Source: Spirochaetia bacterium
GTDB taxonomy: Bacteria > Spirochaetota > Spirochaetia > SZUA-6 > Bin103
NCBI GenBank assembly: GCA_965203905.1
Contig: CBDBDQ010000005.1
Coordinates: 1,728,001 to 1,792,000 of the forward strand
Direction of reading: 5' to 3'
Length of the DNA stretch: 64,000 nt
Positions 48,701-58,550 of this stretch are shown one piece after another (position 1 is the stretch's first letter; each line of letters starts with the position of its first letter). The notes below the pieces were generated by a model. The model saw only the letters and a list, made by a program, of their open reading frames with translations. It did not search any database and was not told where the DNA came from. Made by a program: the position numbers and the translations under genes.

Positions 48701-50628
48701 GGCAGGGCGTGGGCGATGTCGCAGCGCACCCCGTCCACGTCGAATCGCTCCAGCAACGTGCGCAGAGCCTCGGCCAGCCATTCCCACACCGCCAGGCGGC
48801 GGTAGTTGAGCAGCACGCCGTCGTTCCAGCTTCCGTAGCGGCCGTCGGTGGAGGCGCGCGGCACCAGGTTGCCGGCGTCATCGAAGCACTGCACCAGCAG
48901 CGACGCGGGTACGTCGTGGACGCGGCGGTTGAGGTGCGGGATCAGATCCACCAGCACCTTCATCTCCAGCTCGTGGGCGGCGTCCACCAGGGCGCGCAGG
49001 CCGTCGTTGCCGCCCAGGCTCGGCTCCATCTCCACCAGGCTCTCCGGTGCGAACGGCGACGGCGAAGTGGCGTGGCGCGACCAGTCCTCGCGGTTGCTGC
49101 CGCGCTTCTGGACTCCCAGGAGATAGATGGCGGTGTAGCCGTAGGTCCGTTTCAGTTGCGGCAGGTGGGCGGCGATGTCGGCGAACGTGCCGAGGCGAAT
49201 CACCTGGCCGTGCTCGTTGTACACCAGGCCGGGGTGCTCGCCGTCGCTCCACCAGGCCCGCGTATGCCCGTGTATGTCGGGGAAGATCTGCAGCACCAGC
49301 TCGCCGCGCAGGTCGGGGATCACATTGACGCGCCCGCTGCAGGAAGCGTCTGCTACCCATTGGCGGCGCCCGCTGGGGAGTACCCGCGTCACGCAGAAGT
49401 CGTAATGGCCCAGCTCCTCGAACCGGTACTCCGCCACCAGGGGCGCGCCGGAAGCGTGGCGCGTCAGATCCAGCTCGGTGTAGTCGAGGTCGCTCTCGGC
49501 GGGATAGCGATCGAGGCGGTGGCCGTGGTAGATGTGCAGGCGGTAGCTGCCGCGGCGCGGCGGCAAGTCGAAGGAGAAGCGGTGAGCGGCGCCGCGCACC
49601 AGGGTGCGAAAGGTGCGCGCCAGGGGCGCGTCGAACTCCTTGGGCGCCAGCATCCGCTCCAACAGCAGGTTGGCGTGGTTGCGCACCTCGTGCAGGTCGT
49701 GGCCGGAGGCCGCCACCAACAGGCGCATCACCTCGCGGCGTGCCGTCTCGTCGCCGTACGCCTTGGCACGTTGGGCAAGGCGTTCAATGCGGCGCATGGC
49801 GGAGACGCAGACGGCCTCGTCGAAGTCCAGCGGAGCGTCGGCGCGGCGCGCGTTCAGTTGCCCCAACAGGGTTTGCCGCCGTGCGGCGGAGACCCGCACC
49901 GGAGTGCGCGGCGGCGCCGCCCGCTCCGCCGGCGCCAGTCCTGGGGTGGGCTCGCGCAAGGCGTGGAACAGGGCTTCCAGGATGGCGCGTTGCGGCGCCT
50001 CGAGCGTCTCCAGATGGGAGTAGCCGGTCTCGATCGCCCGCTCCTCCAGGCGCAGCAGGAGGGGCAGGGCGGCCGGCAGGGCGCCACCACTGCTGCGCTG
50101 CTCGGCAGCCAGGACATCGAACAGCCGCAGTCCGAGATAGATGGAGGGGGCACGCGCCGCGATCGGTCCCGGGCCCACCCGCGCCACCACCGCGGCGGCT
50201 TCCGCTTCGTAGAGGCAGGTGGCGCCGGGCCGCTCGCGGATCAACACGATGCGGCGGCCGGCCAGAGCCTCGTGGGTTGCGGCGCCGGCGAGGGCGAGTG
50301 CCTCGTGAATCAGCCGTACCGCGGTGCCGAGCCGCTGCATCAGGCGCTCGTCGCGGCGCAGGCGTTCTCCCGCCGCCGCACTCTCCTGCGCCGCCGCCAC
50401 CACCGCCGCATCGCGTGCTGCGGCCGCCAGGCGCCGGCGCTCCAGCGAATCGGCCGCCGCCCACTCCGGGCGCGGCGTGAACGCAAACGCGCGCTGCTCG
50501 GCGAATGCTCCTCGGATCGCCTCGCGGACCGCCTCTTCGTCGACCTCCGCCACCGTGAGCGGCGCCGTCAGGCAGGGTCCGAAGCCGACGCTCGTCGCCG
50601 GTGGGGAGGTGTCGTCGCTCAGCATCAT
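45745..50628 (-). CDS. Giant fusion: unknown N-terminal region + GH13 alpha-amylase-type domain + GT5 glycogen synthase
   Basis: GH13 regions 'VDLIPH', 'DGVRCDIAH', 'LAESYW', 'GNHDERR'. GT5 motifs 'EAEPFSKSGGLA', 'IHNGG', 'INNG', 'RVSDQKG', 'MPSQFEPGGISQLEAM', 'TGGLRDTV'. Confidence 0.88.
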   Translation of the reverse strand: MMLSDDTSPPATSVGFGPCLTAPLTVAEVDEEAVREAIRGAFAEQRAFAFTPRPEWAAADSLERRRLAAAARDAAVVAAAQESAAAGERLRRDERLMQRLGTAVRLIHEALALAGAATHEALAGRRIVLIRERPGATCLYEAEAAAVVARVGPGPIAARAPSIYLGLRLFDVLAAEQRSSGGALPAALPLLLRLEERAIETGYSHLETLEAPQRAILEALFHALREPTPGLAPAERAAPPRTPVRVSAARRQTLLGQLNARRADAPLDFDEAVCVSAMRRIERLAQRAKAYGDETARREVMRLLVAASGHDLHEVRNHANLLLERMLAPKEFDAPLARTFRTLVRGAAHRFSFDLPPRRGSYRLHIYHGHRLDRYPAESDLDYTELDLTRHASGAPLVAEYRFEELGHYDFCVTRVLPSGRRQWVADASCSGRVNVIPDLRGELVLQIFPDIHGHTRAWWSDGEHPGLVYNEHGQVIRLGTFADIAAHLPQLKRTYGYTAIYLLGVQKRGSNREDWSRHATSPSPFAPESLVEMEPSLGGNDGLRALVDAAHELEMKVLVDLIPHLNRRVHDVPASLLVQCFDDAGNLVPRASTDGRYGSWNDGVLLNYRRLAVWEWLAEALRTLLERFDVDGVRCDIAHALPIMMKRNNAPVLATGRRSDEDQVEGTIVVNEREDDHLITTGFFDSACHDLIASPLHYLLMRELERSARGAGKRFSLHLAESYWGREQYLSRVGIVPYDSALFKICERVAQGTSPVSEIYHLYQQHYRRALPPGAELVGMFGNHDERRPVNTFGRDNLRPVLTLTSFLVNLLLDYEGNAQGEAWKVFPDNIYVDWNRFDSAADRSVEGVFREVYAFHRRNPGRGTLLPTDHHQVAAAIKPGPEGLWLAVCSFATDSAAVSVDLRSAAAIDPRARYVVADPTYSPVTQRYGYFTGRELRVSALTTSVSYRQRVKLLRIDLAGDAAAYGPLLRDSFDRLLAAASREQVAASFAYGELVAAAAGGEAGLLRFLDEVLLPLYDAAADAGVALGLKRVLYHAHRDGVLPPGAGLDRLRGAVQRGRTRRDRVLEQALAQLRSRTVVFVTAEAEPFSKSGGLANVTCELPRELAGLGERLCVITPLYRSGEAHAVSKMEAAIERFGVTYTGVNVQFQVGGEHYAIGVHGGVVDGVTYYLLDHHELFDGLYWGYRSNERIRRRIALARAAAEVIASFQLHPLAVATNDAAAALISGIVRADPYYADSPAFARTSFVHIIHNGGWQYFDCYDRYEDGVDLFALFNLPEHRAAQFTDPRDERLFNLMAAGIRFADRVFTVSPSYAEQIEQHCDGLEPLLHDVIGINNGIGKGFRSGVQRRLSRSGLEQQQYPRLRERIAGDPELRVKLERRYPELLAAEAGAIRCRSRGRRDQVVRMRTKLLAQLEYGLVVDPDQVLYVMIHRVSDQKGFQILLEASEGIFRNLGVQAIIGGPIAPNDHRAEQLADGMRALMEHYPGAVSTRIGYQEISLPLLAADAFLMPSQFEPGGISQLEAMSCGCLVVAHATGGLRDTVTPLQLRGSTVSGCGVLFGDYRPAGFLDAMERCTWFFRHASAGQIQRARSNARRSIVSWDRAAQRYLEELHALQETIPAADLAS

Positions 50629-51401
50629 CGCCGGCGGGCGTTCTGGCAGCTTACGAAGCTGGCACCGACATCGGGCAACGGAGCCGGCAGCGGCGGCAGC
50701 GCCGTGAGAGGCTCCGGCGAGCGCGCCGGCGCCGACCGGACCCGTGCAGCGAAGTGGTCCAGGGTCTGCAGCAGCGTATCGGCGGTGCTCGAGGTGACGA
50801 CACCGATGAGGCCGAACGGTGGCTGGGGATCGCTCACCACCGCGGCCGTCACCTGCGTCCGACCGCCCGCAAGAGGCGTGAACGTCCAGCGCTCGCGCAG
50901 GCACAGGACGCGTGTGCCCTCGAACCTGGCGGCCAGATGATCGTCCCCCGCCAGGTCCGCGACGGCGCCGCCGGCTGGCAACCGCCACCAGGAGTCGCGG
51001 CTCACCACGACTCGCCGCGTAAACCCTTCGCCGCTGCGCACGTGACGGATCGACTGGTGTGCGGCACCGGCCGGCAGGGACAGTTGCTCGGCACACATCG
51101 CCTGCCACACGGTGCAGCCGGCCGGGTCGCGAAACAAGCCGACCGCCGCATCGACCGTGCCGAACACCCACGTCCGGGCACGCACCAGGCGATAGTCGGT
51201 CCCGGCGATGCCGCAGGACTCCGCTGCCGCCGCACCGCGCTCACCCTCGGGCCGACATCCGTCCGTTTCCGCGACCGCGGCGGTGGTGCCGAGCGTGGCC
51301 AACATCAGGCTGGTGAATGCGGTGAACGTTGCCCGCACCCCCGATCGCGCCGCACGACCGGTACCGCCGCAGGACTGCGCCCCGGCGCCGCGTTGCTTCA
51401 T
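50625..51401 (-). CDS. Putative secreted START/SRPBCC-like protein; start uncertain
   Basis: Signal-like segment, 'ERWTFTPLAGGRTQVT...DP'. Stop overlaps the start of the glycogen fusion gene. Confidence 0.5.
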   Translation of the reverse strand: MKQRGAGAQSCGGTGRAARSGVRATFTAFTSLMLATLGTTAAVAETDGCRPEGERGAAAAESCGIAGTDYRLVRARTWVFGTVDAAVGLFRDPAGCTVWQAMCAEQLSLPAGAAHQSIRHVRSGEGFTRRVVVSRDSWWRLPAGGAVADLAGDDHLAARFEGTRVLCLRERWTFTPLAGGRTQVTAAVVSDPQPPFGLIGVVTSSTADTLLQTLDHFAARVRSAPARSPEPLTALPPLPAPLPDVGASFVSCQNARRR

Positions 51402-51454
51402 GGCGATAACCTAATGCAACGACAGCTCGCCGGACGAGCGGGCTGCGAGACAAA

Positions 51455-53923
51455 TCAGATCCGTACCCGGCGCAGGCGCAGCGCGTTGCCGATCACCGAG
51501 ACCGAGCTCAGGCCCATGGCCGCCGCCGCCAGCATGGGGCTCAGCAGCACGCCGAACAGCGGAAACAGCACCCCGGCCGCCACCGGTATGGCGAGACTGT
51601 TGTACAGGAACGCCAGGAACAGGTTCTGGCGGATGTTGCGCCGAGTGGCGGCACTCAGCGCGCGGGCGCGGGCGATGGCGAGCAGGTCCCCTCGCACCAG
51701 GGTGATATCGGCGCTTTCCATCGCCACGTCGGTGCCGGTGCCCATGGCTATGCCGACCTCGGCCTGAGCCAGGGCAGGGGCGTCATTGATGCCGTCGCCC
51801 GCCATTGCCACCACGTGGCCCGCCTGTTGCAGGCGCTTGATCTCGGCCACCTTCTGCTCGGGAAGCACCTCGGCGACGACCGATTCGATGCCCACGCTGC
51901 GTGCCACGGTCTCCGCGGTGGCACGGTTGTCGCCGGTCGCCATGACCAGGTCGATGCCGGCCGCGCGCAGCAGCGCCAGGGCGGACGCGGTGGTGGGCTT
52001 CACCGAATCGGCGATTGCAATCGCGCCGGCCAGGCGGCCGCCGGCCGCCACCAGGACCACCGTGTGACCCGATGCGCGCAGCTCCGCGGCCGCGGCGTCG
52101 AGCCTGCGGTCGCCGGCCACCCCGCGCGTGGCCAGGAACGCGGGGCTCCCGAGCAGAATCTCCTGGCCGTCGGCCATGCCTGCGACACCCTGTCCGGTGA
52201 ACGAGGTGAACGCGGTCGCCGGCGCCACCGGGTAGCCGCGCTGCCGCGCCGCCGCCACTATGGCCTCGGACAGCGGGTGTTCGCTGGGAAGTGCCACCGA
52301 GGCGGCGGCGTGTAACAGGGAACGCTCGCCGGCAGGCGGCACGGCGACTACCCGCTGCACCCGAGGTCGCCCCTCGGTGAGGGTGCCGGTCTTGTCGACG
52401 ACCAGGGTGTCCACGGTGCTCAGCATCTCGCTGGCGGCGGCGTCCCGGAACAGCACGCCGAGAGTCGCGCCGCGGCCGGTGGCCACCATGATCGACATCG
52501 GGGTGGCCAGACCGAGGGCACAGGGGCAGGCGATGATCAGCACCGCCACGGCGTTCAGCAGCGCCACGGTCAGGCTGGGGTCCGGTCCGAGGAGCAACCA
52601 GACGCCGAAGGTGATGGCGGCGATGGCGATCACCGCCGGCACGAAAACGGCGGACACCGCGTCGGCGACGCGCTGGATCGGTGCCCGGCTGCGCTGAGCG
52701 TCCGCGACCATCTGCACGATTCGCGCCAGCAGGGTGTCGGCACCGACCTTGGCGGCACGGATCTCCAGCGCGCCGGAGCCGTTCACCGTGCCACCGATGA
52801 CTGCCGAGCCGGGCTCCTTCGACACCGGGATCCCCTCACCGGTAACCATCGATTCGTCCACGCTGCCGCTCCCGGACAGGACGACCCCGTCCACGGGCAG
52901 TTTCTCCCCGGGCCGCACCCGCAGCCGGTCGCCGACGGCGACCTCGTCGAGCGCCACGTCATGCTCGGTCCCATCGTCGTCCAGGCGGCGTGCGGTCGGA
53001 GGGGCCAGCTCCAGCAGCAGGCGCAGCGCCGCTCCGGTACGGCGCCGGGCGCGCAGCTCCAGCACCTGGCCGAGCAGCACCAGGGTGGTGATGGCGGCCG
53101 CGCTCTCGAAGTAGTACAGGGATATGTCGGCGCCGGCCCCGGCGGCCGCACCGCGAAAGGTGCCGGGGAACACGGTAGCCGCCACGCTGTAGAGGTAGGC
53201 GACCGCGATGCCGAGGCCGACCAGGGTGAACATGTTCAGGCTGCGGTTGACGATGGAAGCCCAGCCGCGCTGGAAGAAGGGCGCCGCGCCCCACAGCACC
53301 ACCGGGCTGGCCAGCACCAGTTGCAGCCACCCGAACCAGGGAGAAGCCGCCACGGGCGAGAGGGGGAGGACCATCAGCGGCGCGGTGAGGAGTGCGCTCA
53401 CTACCAGGCGGCGGGTCATGTCGCCGAGCTCGCCGTCATCGTCCGCGCCGGCGGACACCGTCCGCGGTTCCAGCGCCATGCCGCACGAGGGACAGGCGCC
53501 GGGACGCGGCTCGTCCACTTCCGGGTGCATCGGGCAGGTGAACCGAGTCACGGCGCCGGCGGCAGTGGGAGCAGCGTCGGCTCTGTGCCCCGCCATGTGC
53601 GCCGCGTGGTGGTGATGATGCACCTCAGTCCCGTGTCCGTGGGAGTGTTCGTGCCGATGGTCGCAGTGGTCCGCCGGCTGGTGTCCATGGTGGTCGCCGG
53701 CGTGTGTGCCGCCATCGGCGTGCGCATGGCACGCGCCGGGTTCGTGCGCCGCGTCGTGGTGCTCGTGTGTCGGGGCAGGCTGCTCCAGGAAGCTCTCCGG
53801 ATCGGCGCTGAACCGGGCCCGGCAGCCCGCAGAGCAGAACCGGTACGTCTTGCCGCCGTGCTGCAGGCGGTGCGGGCCGTCCGCCGCGACGGTCATGCCG
53901 CAGACCGGGTCGACGTGCGCCAT
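51455..53923 (-). CDS. copA: Copper-translocating P1B-type ATPase with YHS domain and His-rich linker
   Basis: 'DPVCGM...FCSAGC' YHS, 'CPMHP...CPSCGM', 'TGE', '[10 protein letters not shown]', 'DKTGT', 'SEHP', 'GDGINDAP', 'YN...MGLSS'. Confidence 0.95.
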   Translation of the reverse strand: MAHVDPVCGMTVAADGPHRLQHGGKTYRFCSAGCRARFSADPESFLEQPAPTHEHHDAAHEPGACHAHADGGTHAGDHHGHQPADHCDHRHEHSHGHGTEVHHHHHAAHMAGHRADAAPTAAGAVTRFTCPMHPEVDEPRPGACPSCGMALEPRTVSAGADDDGELGDMTRRLVVSALLTAPLMVLPLSPVAASPWFGWLQLVLASPVVLWGAAPFFQRGWASIVNRSLNMFTLVGLGIAVAYLYSVAATVFPGTFRGAAAGAGADISLYYFESAAAITTLVLLGQVLELRARRRTGAALRLLLELAPPTARRLDDDGTEHDVALDEVAVGDRLRVRPGEKLPVDGVVLSGSGSVDESMVTGEGIPVSKEPGSAVIGGTVNGSGALEIRAAKVGADTLLARIVQMVADAQRSRAPIQRVADAVSAVFVPAVIAIAAITFGVWLLLGPDPSLTVALLNAVAVLIIACPCALGLATPMSIMVATGRGATLGVLFRDAAASEMLSTVDTLVVDKTGTLTEGRPRVQRVVAVPPAGERSLLHAAASVALPSEHPLSEAIVAAARQRGYPVAPATAFTSFTGQGVAGMADGQEILLGSPAFLATRGVAGDRRLDAAAAELRASGHTVVLVAAGGRLAGAIAIADSVKPTTASALALLRAAGIDLVMATGDNRATAETVARSVGIESVVAEVLPEQKVAEIKRLQQAGHVVAMAGDGINDAPALAQAEVGIAMGTGTDVAMESADITLVRGDLLAIARARALSAATRRNIRQNLFLAFLYNSLAIPVAAGVLFPLFGVLLSPMLAAAAMGLSSVSVIGNALRLRRVRI

Positions 53924-53925
53924 GG

Positions 53926-54237
53926 TCAGAAGTCGGACCGCGCCAGCACCGCCATCAGCTCGTCCACCACTCTGGGCAACTCCCCGGCATCACTCCGGGC
54001 GGCATCCGCCACGCAGTGGTCGAGGTGCCGCTTGAGCACATTCAGGCCAAGCGAGTTGAGGGCCGCGCGGACGGCTGACACCTGGGTCAGGATGTCGACA
54101 CAGTAGCGCTCTTCCTCGATCATGCGACGGATCCCGGCGACCTGCCCCTCGATGCTGCGCAGCCGGCGCAAGGCGGCTTCGTTCACCGGGTGGGGACCGC
54201 GGCGAACGGTGGCGTCCCGGCTGCGATCGGTAGTCAT
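53926..54237 (-). CDS. csoR: CsoR/RcnR family metal-sensing repressor
   Basis: '[13 protein letters not shown]...YC.DILTQ', 'HLDHC' (Cys-His-Cys Cu site). Upstream of copA. Confidence 0.92.
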   Translation of the reverse strand: MTTDRSRDATVRRGPHPVNEAALRRLRSIEGQVAGIRRMIEEERYCVDILTQVSAVRAALNSLGLNVLKRHLDHCVADAARSDAGELPRVVDELMAVLARSDF

Positions 54238-54267
54238 CGCTGGCATTCCCTGCACGGGCACAGATAC

Positions 54268-54296
54268 AGTATAATACCCCTGGGGGGTGGGGTCCA
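54268..54296 (-). promoter_or_regulatory. csoR-copA promoter containing a CsoR-type G/C-tract operator; overlapping divergent -10
   Basis: Minus strand TGGACC-N17-TATACT (54296-54268). The spacer holds TACCCCTGGGGGGT (54275-54288). Plus-strand TATAAT at 54270-54275. Confidence 0.75.
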
Positions 54297-54317
54297 CCCG
54301 CCACTGCCGGCGTGGTC

Positions 54318-54791
54318 ATGAACAAGCGTGTCTATACCATCATCACCGTGAGCGCTCTAGCGGCGGCCGCCATTCTGGCCGCTGTGGGCTACGCCTTACG
54401 ACACGACGACGAGCCCGACCGGGCCGACGCCGGCGACCCGGAGCTGGTGGCGCGCGGTCGGATCGTGTACCAGGAGAGCTGCGCCGCCTGCCACGGCTCG
54501 CGTCTCGAAGGGCAGCCGAACTGGCGCCAGATGAAACCCGACGGCACCCTGCCGGCGCCGCCCCACGACGTGACCGGCCACACCTGGCACCATTCCGACC
54601 AGCTCCTGTTTCAGATCACCAAGTTCGGGTCTGCCTCCGTGGCCGGCCCCGGCTTCAAGAGTGCCATGCCGGTCTACGAGGGGGTCCTGGAGGACGCCGA
54701 CATCTGGGCCGTGCTGGCATACATCAAGAGCCACTGGCCCGCGGACATCCAGGCAGCGCAGAGCGCGCGCTCGGGAGACACCCGCCGTTGA
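54318..54791 (+). CDS. Monoheme c-type cytochrome
   Basis: N-terminal anchor, 'CAACHG', 'PAPPHD.TGHTWHH.D', distal 'MP', 'LAYIKS.W'. Confidence 0.9.
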   Translation: MNKRVYTIITVSALAAAAILAAVGYALRHDDEPDRADAGDPELVARGRIVYQESCAACHGSRLEGQPNWRQMKPDGTLPAPPHDVTGHTWHHSDQLLFQITKFGSASVAGPGFKSAMPVYEGVLEDADIWAVLAYIKSHWPADIQAAQSARSGDTRR

Positions 54792-55001
54792 AGGCCTGGT
54801 GGAGCCGAGCGCTGGCTGCAAGCCCGAGGATCGTTACGAGCTGACCTTGATTTACGATCGGCTTGGTCGCCCGCGGGAAATGCACGGTCAGCTCACCGTC
54901 CTCGCAACTCGTGCTGATGCCGTCAGAGTCTACTTGGCGCGGCCGGCTTTGCCGCATCGGGACACCGGCGTGCTCACGTGCTCTGGTGTGGAGGCCGGCA
55001 C

Positions 55002-55389
55002 ATGGCAATAACTCAGGCGCGCGCTCCGGTTGCGGTTGACTACCCCGATTCGGATGGCCAGCCGATGGCCGGGCGGCTACGAGCGGCATGCGGCGGCGCG
55101 GTTGGCGGATGGGACGCTGACGCTGGAGAGCGAGGTGCTGGGGCTGGAGGCGTGGGCAAAGCCGGGCCGGCCGATGCGGTTCCGCGATCCGGCGACAGGC
55201 CGGGACCTGCCGAGCCAATCCGAAGAGCGTGCCGCGCGCCGCGCCGCCGACGCCCGCGCCGAACGCGAGGCTGCCGCGCGCCGCGCTGCCGAGGCATGGT
55301 TGGCGGAGTTGCAGGGCGCTCATCGGATCTGGTCGACGCCGAGGACTTCCCGGAACGCGCCGCGGCCGCACTTGCGCGCATGCCCGTGA
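55002..55389 (+). pseudogene. Uma2 family endonuclease remnant (core deleted)
   Basis: The N-terminus 'DYPDSDGQPMA' is joined out of frame to the C-terminus 'GYE...SEVLGL...RFRDPATG..L' plus the 'ARRAAEA' coiled tail. The nuclease core is absent. Confidence 0.7.
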
Positions 55390-55719
55390 TCGTGCAGAAA
55401 ACCAACGTCACCGCGGTGCTCGACGCGGAGCTTCGCCATCCGCGTACGGGTAGCTCGCCGCAATTCCGGTTCTTCCTTGCCGCAGCCGTGGCAGTTCACG
55501 CGTGGCGGCTGAGGATAGCCGTCGGCAGGCTCTGATTCTGCATCACCGATTCCGAGCATCCCGTACACGCCGAACAGCGCTGCGTGCGCGTGGATCGGGT
55601 TCGTGAGTTGTGCGTACCGAAACGGCCGATTCGGCCTGTTCCGCTGGTGCTTGGCGCGAATTCAGCGCAATAGCGGTTCCGCGTCCGCGGCGGGCACATC
55701 GCCGTCGTTCACTGCGTGA

Positions 55720-55864
55720 CGGCGAGCCTCTGCAACGTGCTAGTGTTGGCGCTGCTCGGTGCGGCGCGCGGCGCAGTAGGCTGGATATGGCTGGCAGACC
55801 GGTGGTGCTCGGCGCCATCATGCTGTTCTCCGCGGGCGGCATCCTCTACCGCAGGTGCCGATGA
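55720..55864 (+). pseudogene. Fragment of a ZIP-like divalent cation transporter C-terminus
   Basis: Frameshifted hydrophobic pieces 'LVLALLG', 'GWIWL' and 'VLGAIMLFSAGGILY'. Confidence 0.4.
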
Positions 55865-56098
55865 AGCGTCACTGGACGCCGCCGCTCGGTGCGGTGCTGG
55901 GTTGCGATGGCATTGGTGAGCGAGCTGGGCGTTCAGGTGAAGAGTGCGTCAGCTCCACTCCGCCAGGCAGCCGACGCCTCGGTTCGGCGACGCTCAGATT
56001 CGGGTCGCCGGGCGCATCGTGGCATCGTATACTCCTCTCCCGCACCGTGCGGCCTATCGCTTCACTGAATGCGGAAAACAGCACCTGAGAGGTGGGAG

Positions 56099-56416
56099 AT
56101 GCTGAAAAAGAGAGTTGAGAACATCGTGTCCGGAGCGACCGATGCCGTCACCGGTGCCCTGGATGCGCGGGCCCACTCGGCTTCGGTGCGCCTCGATGAC
56201 GACAGCATGCAGCGGATCGATCAACTGGTCGAAGCGGAGATGGTGGCCGACCGCGCGGCAGGCATTGCATTCCTGGTGCAGGAGGGCATCAAGGCGCGCA
56301 CGGACCTGTTCGACCAGATCAACGACAGCTTCGCGAAGATCCAACAAGTCAAGGACCACCTTCGGAGCCTGGGACCCGATTCCTCACCGGGCGAGGAGGC
56401 CGGCGCGTCCGATTAG
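56099..56416 (+). CDS. Small ribbon-helix-helix-like/coiled-coil hypothetical protein
   Basis: 'SVRLDDDSMQRIDQLVEA...RAAGIAFLVQEG' RHH pattern. RBS GGGAG; TATACT at 56028. Confidence 0.7.
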   Translation: MLKKRVENIVSGATDAVTGALDARAHSASVRLDDDSMQRIDQLVEAEMVADRAAGIAFLVQEGIKARTDLFDQINDSFAKIQQVKDHLRSLGPDSSPGEEAGASD

Positions 56417-56518
56417 CCTCGCCATGACGTCCAATGAGCCACCTTGCGCCTCGCGGCGGCCCGGGAAGCGAGCGGCGCGGCAAGTTGCGCATCGACGAGC
56501 GAGTAGTGGCGGAGGACG

Positions 56519-57377
56519 GTGCGTGCCGGCATCGATCTTCGACCGGCAGGTCGCGATCCGGCTGCTCGAACAGTCGCGAACGACCAGGCGTTGAGTGTCG
56601 TTGCGGCCTACGTTCGCGCGCACCCCGCCGCGGCGGCACACGTCATGGAGGGTCGTTCGCACGACGAGCTGATTGCGTTGCTGGCCGCCATCCCGGACGA
56701 CCTGGCGGCGGTGCTGCTCGCGCGATGGAGGTGACCATCGCCGCGCGCAGCCTGGACCGGATCGTGCCGTCGCGGGCAGCGGCCGTACTGGCCCGGCTTC
56801 CCGCCGCGCGAGCGGTGGCGCTGGCGCGCGGCATGCGGTCCGAGGCGAGGCGGCAGGCGCTGCGCTCGTTGCCTCCAAAGCGCAGGGAGCCTCTGGAGCG
56901 GCTGCTCAGCCTGGCGCGCCCATACCGTCGGTACGCGGATGGAGTCGCGCGTCCTCACGCTTCCTCCCGATACCACTGCAGCGGACGCCATCGTCCTGGT
57001 TCGCGCAGCCACGGCTCAGGTGATCACAGTACCTGTACGTCGTCGATCGACAGGGGCAATTGCTCGGCGTCGTCAGCCCCAAGCAGCTACTGGCCGGGGC
57101 CGCCGGGGCCGCCGTTGCGACGTCTGGCGCTCGCCGAGGCGTATCTGTGGCACGGCACGTACGACCTTGCGCTGGTCCTCGGTCCGGCGATGATCTTCTC
57201 CATGACGATGGCGGGCATGACCGGCGCGCTTATCCCGATCGTGTTGACCGCACTCGGTCGCGACCCCGCGCAATCAGCGTCCATAGTGCTGACCACCGTC
57301 ACGACGTGATCGGATTCCTGAGCTTCCTCGGGCTGGCGTTCCTGCTGGCCGACTTATTCGGCGTCATCTCGCCGTGA
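56519..57377 (+). pseudogene. Decayed MgtE/CBS magnesium-transporter genes
   Basis: Pieces in several frames: MgtE_N-like helices, CBS 'VLTLPPDTT' and 'YVVDRQGQLLGVV', and the MgtE TM end 'GALIP..L..LG.DPA.SAS.VLTTVT' / 'DVIGFLSFLGLA'. Confidence 0.7.
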
Positions 57378-57398
57378 GGGAGTATCCGCCCGGCGAGT

Positions 57399-58550
57399 TC
57401 ACGGACCGGATCTGCGACGGTTGCCGTCGGCGCTGGTCGCGGGTGGGCGGCGCGGCGGGGCGTGGTCTAGCACGAAGGTCATCAGCGACGGGATGCCGGC
57501 GACCCAGACGACCGGCGGCCGTTGGGCCGGCGGGCTCCAGACGTAGCCCAGCCGGTTCAATTCCTCGCGTGCCGCCAGTCGCCCCGCAGCGTCTTCGCCG
57601 GTTGCGACGAGGGCGTCATCGAGGTCGCGATCGGTCGCGGTCGCCGCACCGCCTGCGAACGGCGCCGCCGCCGCAACCGCCGCCGGCAGCAGGGCGCGCG
57701 CCTCCAGTTCCCGATAGCGGTCCTGGTAGTAGTCCGTAACCCGTCCGATTACGTGCGGTCGCGCCGCCGCTGCGTGCGCGGCGGTCAGCCGGGAGCCATC
57801 GATGGCCAGGCGCTGCTGCCACAGGGCGCGACCCCAGACTTGAATGAAGTACGGGTAGCGCTGGCTGTGCTCGACCACCGCATCGAGGGCATCGGCCTCG
57901 ATGCCGACGCCGTGGCCGGCCAGCGGGTCGATCAAAGCAGCGCGGGCAGCAGCGTCGCTCAGCAGGCCGATGCCGAGGCGTCCTTCATCCAGCCGGCTCC
58001 AGAACGAGGCGTTCATGGTATTCAGGTGCGCCGGCAGTCCCGGAGTACCGGCCAGCACCAGCAGCAACGGCGCGTCGGCGCGCACGTCCTGGCTCAGGTT
58101 GAGCAGCAGTTGGCCGACTTCACGCGTGAGGGTATGCGCTTCGTCGACCAGCACCACAGCCGGTCTTCTACGGCAGCGCGCAGTCAGCCGAACCGTGAGA
58201 TCCTGCGCCGATCGCTCCGGCGCCGCCCATTCGGCTTGACCGATGCCGCGCCGGATGAACGACGCCGGTAACAAGGCGTCGGCCAGGGACTGCCCGGTCC
58301 GTATCCGGCTCGGCGACAGCCGCACGACGTCCACCCTACCAGCGTCGCGACAGGTGCCCGCGAACCAGTTGAGCAGCACGGTCTTGCCGTTTCCGCGCGG
58401 CCCCATCAGCACCACGTCGTGCGGCGGGGCATTGCCGCCCAGCAGGTCAGCCAGGCACTGCGTCAATACGCCCTGCTCCCGCTCGCGGCCGGTCAGCGCA
58501 GGCGGAGCGGCGCCCGCACCGGGAGTGAATACCCGTTGTGGGGCTCTCAT
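57399..58550 (-). CDS. AAA_16-like P-loop ATP-binding protein
   Basis: 'FTPGAGAAPP.L.GRE', Walker A 'GPRGNGKT', Walker B 'VLVDEAH', 'LAGTP', 'YPYFIQ'. Confidence 0.85.
   Translation of the reverse strand: MRAPQRVFTPGAGAAPPALTGREREQGVLTQCLADLLGGNAPPHDVVLMGPRGNGKTVLLNWFAGTCRDAGRVDVVRLSPSRIRTGQSLADALLPASFIRRGIGQAEWAAPERSAQDLTVRLTARCRRRPAVVLVDEAHTLTREVGQLLLNLSQDVRADAPLLLVLAGTPGLPAHLNTMNASFWSRLDEGRLGIGLLSDAAARAALIDPLAGHGVGIEADALDAVVEHSQRYPYFIQVWGRALWQQRLAIDGSRLTAAHAAAARPHVIGRVTDYYQDRYRELEARALLPAAVAAAAPFAGGAATATDRDLDDALVATGEDAAGRLAAREELNRLGYVWSPPAQRPPVVWVAGIPSLMTFVLDHAPPRRPPATSADGNRRRSGP

Noticed and set aside
50629-51171. N-terminal extension making the glycogen fusion 1808 aa
   Set aside because: It overlaps the upstream same-strand gene. 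The ATG at 50628, coupled to that gene's stop, is the more plausible start.
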